Positions 58,723-64,000 of a stretch of DNA of 64,000 bases are shown in pieces. Within the stretch, counting starts at the first letter, position 1. The number at the start of each line of letters is the position of its first letter. Source of the stretch: a candidate division WOR-3 bacterium (lineage in GTDB: Bacteria > Hydrothermota > Tepidihabitantia > Tepidihabitantales > Tepidihabitantaceae); the NCBI GenBank assembly GCA_965649205.1, contig CBFGJV010000013.1, positions 10,566 to 74,565 on the forward strand, given 5' to 3'. Below the pieces are notes generated by a model that saw only the letters and a program-made list of their open reading frames with translations, ran no database searches and was not told the DNA's origin. A program made the position numbers and the translations under genes.

Positions 58723-60923
58723 TGACGAGTATTTTTGTGTTATGCTGTATATTAGCGGGTGCAGCGCCGCCGATACCAGCGTCTGTTGCCACCGGGGAAG
58801 GAGCTCTGGCGGCGGTGGGCAATCCTGCCGCTCTGGCTGTATCAACTGGTTCTGAACTGTGTTATCTGTACAACTTCCGCAGTGCCGGTATCCTAGACAA
58901 CAGCTGTTTGTGTGTTTCTGCGGCAGGCTTCGGCGGGTTCTGGGAGCCGGGCAACAGATACGGTTTCGCGTGGAGTGTGGGCAGGGATGGCTATTACGGC
59001 GGAGTTCGTCTGGTGCAGGATACAGTTTCTCGCTGGGACCTGGGCGGTCTGGTCAGACCTACATCCTGGCTTTCACTCGGTGCGGTATGGACTGATGTCG
59101 GGTCTGGTTGTAACGGAGTGCGTGCTGGCGTCGGTCTAAGGCCTCTGGGTAATCGGCTGACCCTGACCGCAGACGTTTTGGCCGACAGGCCGACAGTGCC
59201 GGTGCTGGGATTGGAGACAGAACCACAGGACGGCTTGCTTCTGGCAGGAACGTTCAAACCTGCTGACAAAAGTTTCGGAATGGGTTTGACATTTGGGCTG
59301 GGCCACGTTTCTGTTGGCGGCGTGCACAGTCAGGCGGGCGAGACACGTCAGGCCGGGCTAATGGTGCGTGCGGGGCAGGAAAGGCGTCGCACGCTTCTGC
59401 CCCAGCCGAAGCGTTTTCTGGAGTTGAGGCTTTCCGGCTCGGTGGCTGACCAGCGGCCGGGCTTCAGTCTGACGGGCAGTCGTCCGGCCCGAACCACTTG
59501 GGAATTGCTTAGGCTGATAAAGAAGGCAACGGATGATAAGAGTGTGGCAGGTATGGTGCTTAGACTGGACGGGTTCAGTTGCGGCTTGGCGCTGGCTCAG
59601 GAGATCCGTTCAGCGCTGGTGCAGTTTCGCAGCCGGGGAAAGAAGGTGTTTGTGTATGCGCCGAGATTGAGAATGTGGGAGTTCTATATTGCCTCGGCCG
59701 CAGACCGTATATTCTCTTATCCTTTAGGGGAAGTGGCGATTCCGGGGGTGGTTTCTGCTTCTCTTTTTGTGAAAAATGCGTTAAAGAAGATTGGCGTGGA
59801 GCCAGAGGCGATACGACACGGTAAGTACAAGTCGGCAGTGGAGATGTTTACCGAGGATTCACTTTCGGAGCCGAATCGGGAGCAGATAGAGGCAGTGCTG
59901 GAAGCAGTGTATCGGGATTTTCTGGAGCAGGTCGGCGCCGGCAGAAAAATCAGTTCGGACAGTCTGGAGCGATTGGTGAATACAGGTTTTTTCACTAGTG
60001 CCGAAGCGGTGGCTTGCGGTCTGATAGATACGTTGTGTTATCCCGACGAGCTGGACAGCATTTTGAAGAAGGAAGTGCCCGGGTTCAGGAAAACAGGGGA
60101 GCGGGCTTATCACTTTGGACAGCAGTATGAGTACGACTGGAAACGTCCCCCCCTGGTGGCAGTAGTCTATGCCACTGGTTCCATTGCGGCGGAAGAGTCG
60201 GGCACAGATTTTCTGACTGGGGAAATGACGATGGGGGCCAACACCATTGTTCGGGCTCTGGCCGCGGCGCGAAAGAACAAGAAGGTGAAAGCCATAGTTC
60301 TGCGGGTTGACTCGCCGGGGGGCGACGGTTATGCTTCAGACCTTATCTGGCGAGAGGTGGAGCTGTGCCGGAGGAAAAAGCCGGTTGTGGTTTCTATGGG
60401 CAATATGGCTGCTTCGGGTGGCTATTACATTTCCTGCCCGGCGGATAAGATTTTTGCCAGTCCGGGTACAGTTACGGGTTCTATCGGTGTCTTCAGCCTG
60501 CGGTTCATAACCCAGGGGTTGTACGAGAAGCTGGGCATAAGGCGTCAGGTAATAAAGCGGGGAGAGCGAGCAGATGCGATTTCAGACCTGCGCAGGCTTA
60601 CTCCGCAGGAGGAGTCGCTCTTTGGGCGGCAGATAGATGAGTTCTACCGTCAGTTTGTGGGCAAGGTGGCGACCGGCCGTCGGCTCAGCTTCGAACAGGT
60701 GGATGCGGTTGCTCAGGGCCGGGTGTGGATTGGTGCCGATGCGCAGCGAGTCGGACTGGTTGATTCTCTGGCCGGGATGCTGGCGGCTGTGGAGTGGGCC
60801 AAGCAGCAGGCAAAGCTGAAGGAATGTGAATACGTATTCTATCCCAAGCCGAAATCAGGTCTGGGCGCGCTGCTGCAGGAATTTCTGCAGTCAAGAACAC
60901 GGGGGATGAGTTTATGGCCATGA
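58722..60923 (+). CDS. sppA: Signal peptide peptidase SppA (S49) with an N-terminal beta-barrel-like domain
   Basis: GKYKSA.E, LRVDSPGG, SMG.MAASGGY, TGSIGV, AQGRVW.G; signal peptide plus ~210 aa of amphipathic strands. Confidence 0.9.
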   Translation: MTSIFVLCCILAGAAPPIPASVATGEGALAAVGNPAALAVSTGSELCYLYNFRSAGILDNSCLCVSAAGFGGFWEPGNRYGFAWSVGRDGYYGGVRLVQDTVSRWDLGGLVRPTSWLSLGAVWTDVGSGCNGVRAGVGLRPLGNRLTLTADVLADRPTVPVLGLETEPQDGLLLAGTFKPADKSFGMGLTFGLGHVSVGGVHSQAGETRQAGLMVRAGQERRRTLLPQPKRFLELRLSGSVADQRPGFSLTGSRPARTTWELLRLIKKATDDKSVAGMVLRLDGFSCGLALAQEIRSALVQFRSRGKKVFVYAPRLRMWEFYIASAADRIFSYPLGEVAIPGVVSASLFVKNALKKIGVEPEAIRHGKYKSAVEMFTEDSLSEPNREQIEAVLEAVYRDFLEQVGAGRKISSDSLERLVNTGFFTSAEAVACGLIDTLCYPDELDSILKKEVPGFRKTGERAYHFGQQYEYDWKRPPLVAVVYATGSIAAEESGTDFLTGEMTMGANTIVRALAAARKNKKVKAIVLRVDSPGGDGYASDLIWREVELCRRKKPVVVSMGNMAASGGYYISCPADKIFASPGTVTGSIGVFSLRFITQGLYEKLGIRRQVIKRGERADAISDLRRLTPQEESLFGRQIDEFYRQFVGKVATGRRLSFEQVDAVAQGRVWIGADAQRVGLVDSLAGMLAAVEWAKQQAKLKECEYVFYPKPKSGLGALLQEFLQSRTRGMSLWP

Positions 60924-61267
60924 AGAGGACGCGACAGGTCAGACGAGCGCAAGCGAAGGCAAAACCTCAGCGCAGACGCAACCAGCGGGATTCTCAGGCT
61001 TCTTTCGCTGTGGTCTGCAGATGTGAAGAAGTTACAGAGCAGGAAATCAGGCAGGCGATTCGGCAGGGTCATCATTCGTTGGAGGAATTGAAGCGGGTGC
61101 TGAGGACGGGAATGGGGCATTGTCAGGGAAGAGGGTGTATGCGCATCATCGCTCGTCTCATAGAGGAAGAAACGGGCATTCCGGCCGCAAGTCAGAAGTT
61201 GCCTTTTCCTCGGCCGCCTCTGAAACCCCTGCCTCTCGGGATGCTGGCAAATTGGAAAGATGAGTAG
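60920..61267 (+). CDS. BFD-like [2Fe-2S]-binding subunit
   Basis: VCRCEEVT..EI..AI, LKR..R.GMG.CQG..C, RPPL.P; ATGA overlap with sppA. Confidence 0.9.
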   Translation: MKRTRQVRRAQAKAKPQRRRNQRDSQASFAVVCRCEEVTEQEIRQAIRQGHHSLEELKRVLRTGMGHCQGRGCMRIIARLIEEETGIPAASQKLPFPRPPLKPLPLGMLANWKDE

Positions 61268-62390
61268 GACGGCAGACACGGTAATCATCGGTGCGGGCAT
61301 CATCGGTGCTGCCACTGGGTACTATCTGGCAAAGCGGAAACACAAGGTTATCGTGCTGGAAAAGGATTTTCCTTGCGCTGGTTCCACCGGCCGGTGCATA
61401 GGTGGCATCAGGGCTCAGTTCACGCACGACCTGTCCATCCGGGTGATGCAGGAGTCGGTGAAAATGTTTGCCGGGCTCACAGAGGAGCTGGGTGTGGATG
61501 TGGAGTGGTATCAGGGTGGCTATCTGTTTCTGGCTTTTGACGAACAGAGAGAGGCGGCTTTTCTGCGGGCTATTGAGATACAAAGACGCTATGGACTGAA
61601 AGTTGAGTATATCTCGGCAGACGAATGTTGTCGGATTGTGCCCGGTCTGAACGCCGACGGTCTGCGGGGCGGAGCTTGGGGTCCGACAGACGGTCAGGCC
61701 AATCCTTTCAAGGTGACCTACGGTTATCTTGCCGGCATCAGGCGTCTGGGAGGTGAGGTTGTCGTCGGTGCGGAAGTAAGGAAAATAAATGTCAGTTCCG
61801 ACCGTGTGGTGTCGGTAGTTACGGATAAAGAGGAGTTTTTCGCGGGCAACGTGGTGAATGCAGCCGGCCCCTGGGCCGCACAAGTGGGAGAAATGGCCGG
61901 CCTGAAAATTCCGGTGAAGCCGGACCGGCACGAGTGTATAGTCACCGAGGCGGCAGAGCGTTTGTTTGATCCAATGCTGGTTGACTACCGGCCGGATGGG
62001 TGTTATTTTGTCCAGCACGTAGGCACCGGGCATTTTTTGGGCTGTTATACGCCTTCCTCGCTTGTTCCCGGCTATTCGCTGGAGGCGAGTCACGAGTTCC
62101 TGACCGAGATGCCCAGACGTATGGTGCGGTTGGTGCCGAAACTAGCGGGATTGAAAGTACTCAGGCAGTGGGCCGGTTCTTACGAGATGAGCCCGGACGG
62201 CAATCCGCTCTGCGGCCGGACTTCTCTGCAAGGTTTCTATGCGGCCTGCGGTATGAGCGGACACGGGTTCATGTTCGGTCCCGCAGTAGGCAAGCTTATG
62301 GCCGAGCTTATTGACTGCGGGCAACCGTCGCTGCCTCTGGACCAGTTTGCCCTCGACCGGGACTTTGGTCTGGTCGAGGCTATGAAGTAA
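61260..62390 (+). CDS. FAD-dependent oxidoreductase (proline dehydrogenase beta / sarcosine oxidase beta family)
   Basis: IIGAGIIG, GSTGRC.GGIRAQF, VVNAAGPW, RQWAG.Y..SPD, G.SGHGFM.GP. Confidence 0.9.
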   Translation: MSRTADTVIIGAGIIGAATGYYLAKRKHKVIVLEKDFPCAGSTGRCIGGIRAQFTHDLSIRVMQESVKMFAGLTEELGVDVEWYQGGYLFLAFDEQREAAFLRAIEIQRRYGLKVEYISADECCRIVPGLNADGLRGGAWGPTDGQANPFKVTYGYLAGIRRLGGEVVVGAEVRKINVSSDRVVSVVTDKEEFFAGNVVNAAGPWAAQVGEMAGLKIPVKPDRHECIVTEAAERLFDPMLVDYRPDGCYFVQHVGTGHFLGCYTPSSLVPGYSLEASHEFLTEMPRRMVRLVPKLAGLKVLRQWAGSYEMSPDGNPLCGRTSLQGFYAACGMSGHGFMFGPAVGKLMAELIDCGQPSLPLDQFALDRDFGLVEAMK

Positions 62391-62413
62391 CAACCGAATA
62401 CAAGGAGGTTGGC

Positions 62414-63601
62414 ATGAAGATAAAGATTTTAGCGCTGGTGCTGGTTTGCCTGATTGCGCTGGCAAGGGCGGAGTTTTCCGGCCGGACCGTGGTCCAGGTG
62501 GAGCAGGATGTGCCGCGCCAGATGAATCTGCAGGGTTTCTTGACCGACAATCAAGGTAATCCGATTAGCGGAGCACGTCCAGTTACATTCAGAATATATT
62601 CCGGTTCTGCGCTGAAGTGGGAGGAGACCCAGACGTGCACAGTGGTGGCAGGGTTGTTTCATGTGCTCTTGGGCAGAGTCGTATCGTTGCCTGATTCCGT
62701 ATTTCTGCCGGGCAGCGTGCGCGAGTTGGAGCTGGTTCTGGACGGGCAGCTTCTTTCACCGCGGGTGGCGCTGACCAGCGTAGGTTTTGCCTTCCGGGCT
62801 GGAGCTGTGTCAAGACCTTTTTCGCCACCGGTGGCCAGCGCCGAGATAGCGGATGGTGCGGTGACGATGTCCAAACTGAACGATGCCGGGGCTGAGACTG
62901 GTTATGTGATAAAATGGAACGGGTACGAGTGGCAACCTGCGCCGGATGTGGCCGGAGGACCGCCCAGCGGCGCAGCCGGAGGCGACCTTTCCGGCAGTTA
63001 TCCCAACCCTACAGTCGTCAGACTGCGGGGGAGGGAAATATCCACCACCACGCCAACGGACGGCGCAGTTTTGTCCTATGACGGATTGCGCTGGGTACCG
63101 CTCAAGCCGGACGGAGATGTGAGCGGGGAAATAGGTGCTTTAAAGGTGACCGGGCTGCAGGGGCGGGCAGTGTACAACACTACCCCCTACACCGGTGAAG
63201 TGCTTACCTGGTATTCGGGCAGGTGGGAACCAAGACCTCTGGGCGGAGATGTGAGCGGATACGCCTACGACTTGCGCGTAACCGGTTTACAGGGCAGGCC
63301 GGTTTCCAGCACTTCTCCCAGTTCCGGTCAGGTGCTTACCTGGTATGCGAGTCAGTGGACACCCAGGTCCTTGCCGGGTCAGGACCAGTTTGGTTCAGTG
63401 CGTCTAGAGGATGGGCGCGCCAGGGCGACTCTGAACGAGGATATGCGGCAGAGGGGAAAAGCTGGATACTATGTTTTTGTACAACAGACAAGGGGAGAAC
63501 CGGTACCAGTGGTGGTACACAAACATGAGGGTTGGTTTGAACTGCTAGCCCCGACCGGAACAGACGCAGAATTCGATTTTCGCGTCAGTACGGCAGAATA
63601 G
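62414..63601 (+). CDS. Secreted fibre-like protein with three 44-aa repeats
   Basis: AAGGAGG SD; signal peptide; VP..MN.QG.LTD..G.P N-domain; repeats GD.SG......V..L.GR.....P..G.VL.....W.P at 132-nt period (62981, 63113, 63245). Confidence 0.85.
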   Translation: MKIKILALVLVCLIALARAEFSGRTVVQVEQDVPRQMNLQGFLTDNQGNPISGARPVTFRIYSGSALKWEETQTCTVVAGLFHVLLGRVVSLPDSVFLPGSVRELELVLDGQLLSPRVALTSVGFAFRAGAVSRPFSPPVASAEIADGAVTMSKLNDAGAETGYVIKWNGYEWQPAPDVAGGPPSGAAGGDLSGSYPNPTVVRLRGREISTTTPTDGAVLSYDGLRWVPLKPDGDVSGEIGALKVTGLQGRAVYNTTPYTGEVLTWYSGRWEPRPLGGDVSGYAYDLRVTGLQGRPVSSTSPSSGQVLTWYASQWTPRSLPGQDQFGSVRLEDGRARATLNEDMRQRGKAGYYVFVQQTRGEPVPVVVHKHEGWFELLAPTGTDAEFDFRVSTAE

Positions 63602-63646
63602 AACAGTTTTACCAGTTTCTTTTCCCTTTTCTTTTTCCTTCGGCGT

Positions 63647-63727
63647 AAAATTGCTCGGTCCGGGTGCACCTCGCGGCGCACCCGGACCAAGAGCAAAGGA
63701 GGCAGAGATGCTTTTTCCCCTTTCCCA
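63647..63727 (-). ncRNA. Candidate small RNA, copy 1
   Basis: Minus strand TTGCAA-N17-TAGTCT (63762-63734), conserved core with CCTCCTTT, then a GC-rich hairpin with a GCGA tetraloop and short U run. Confidence 0.55.
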
Positions 63728-63860
63728 ACTGTTAGACTACCAAAAAAATACGATGGTTGCAAGTTTTTTTGCTTTTTGGTGATAAAAAGGCCGGCCTGGA
63801 CCATAGACAGCCCAGGCCGGTCAGGAAGGAGCAAAGGAGGCAGAGATGTCTTTTCCCCTT
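63691..63860. repeat. Direct repeat of 32 nt at 138-nt period
   Basis: GAGCAAAGGAGGCAGAGATG(CT/TC)TTTTCCCCTT at 63691-63722 and 63829-63860 (30/32 identical). Confidence 0.95.
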
Positions 63861-63862
63861 GT
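63784..63862 (-). ncRNA. Candidate small RNA, copy 2
   Basis: Minus strand CATAAT (63873-63868), same conserved core, then a CCGGCCTGG..CCAGGCCGG hairpin followed by TTTTT. Confidence 0.55.
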
Positions 63863-64000
63863 CATTTATTATGACGCAGACAGACCAGAAATGGTTGCAT
63901 GTCAGAAATTTTGCTCCGAAACGGTGAAGGATTGGGGATTATCACCCGGCAGGTAGGCGGGCTTCAGATTGTGAATTCCCCAGAATAAGTTAGTGACGAC

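Noticed and set aside
63691..63860. CRISPR array
   Set aside because: Only two repeats, a 106-nt spacer and no cas genes in the window; no clear third copy at 63967.

Overview
Gene-dense, mostly core bacterial chromosomal window. The T9SS-type C-terminal sorting domains, DUF2723, barrel-fused SppA and rplM-rpsI-rpsB-tsf gene order suggest an FCB-related lineage such as candidate phylum WOR-3 (inference only). Contents in order: a partial DUF4139 gene; a CTD-bearing secreted protein; an ~11 kb his-cysM-lysC-lysA operon with a degenerate HisRS paralogue, an ACT-less HisG and a HisA-HisF fusion; trpB2; trmFO; peptidases; the rpsO-pnp run; tRNA-Val; groES/EL; folP-cdaA-DUF2723-hypA-TPR; threonine dehydrogenase; the rplM-rpsI-rpsB-tsf-pyrH-frr-uppS-cdsA operon; a GT4/GH130 pair; tRNA-Leu; gyrA; proline-dehydrogenase-like subunit genes interrupted by sppA; and a 44-aa-repeat secreted protein. 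No transposase, integrase, prophage or CRISPR array was seen. The most interesting signals are non-coding: (1) two tandem 138-nt units at the right end that look like sibling minus-strand small RNAs with an anti-Shine-Dalgarno core, lying opposite SD-led mini-ORFs; (2) His and Trp transcription attenuators whose leader peptides appear to be translated leaderlessly; (3) a dispersed G-rich plus TAATAC-N6-GTATTA element shared by two intergenic regions; (4) a recurring 16-bp promoter spacer and several leaderless starts. All product calls come from motif recognition, not database searches.
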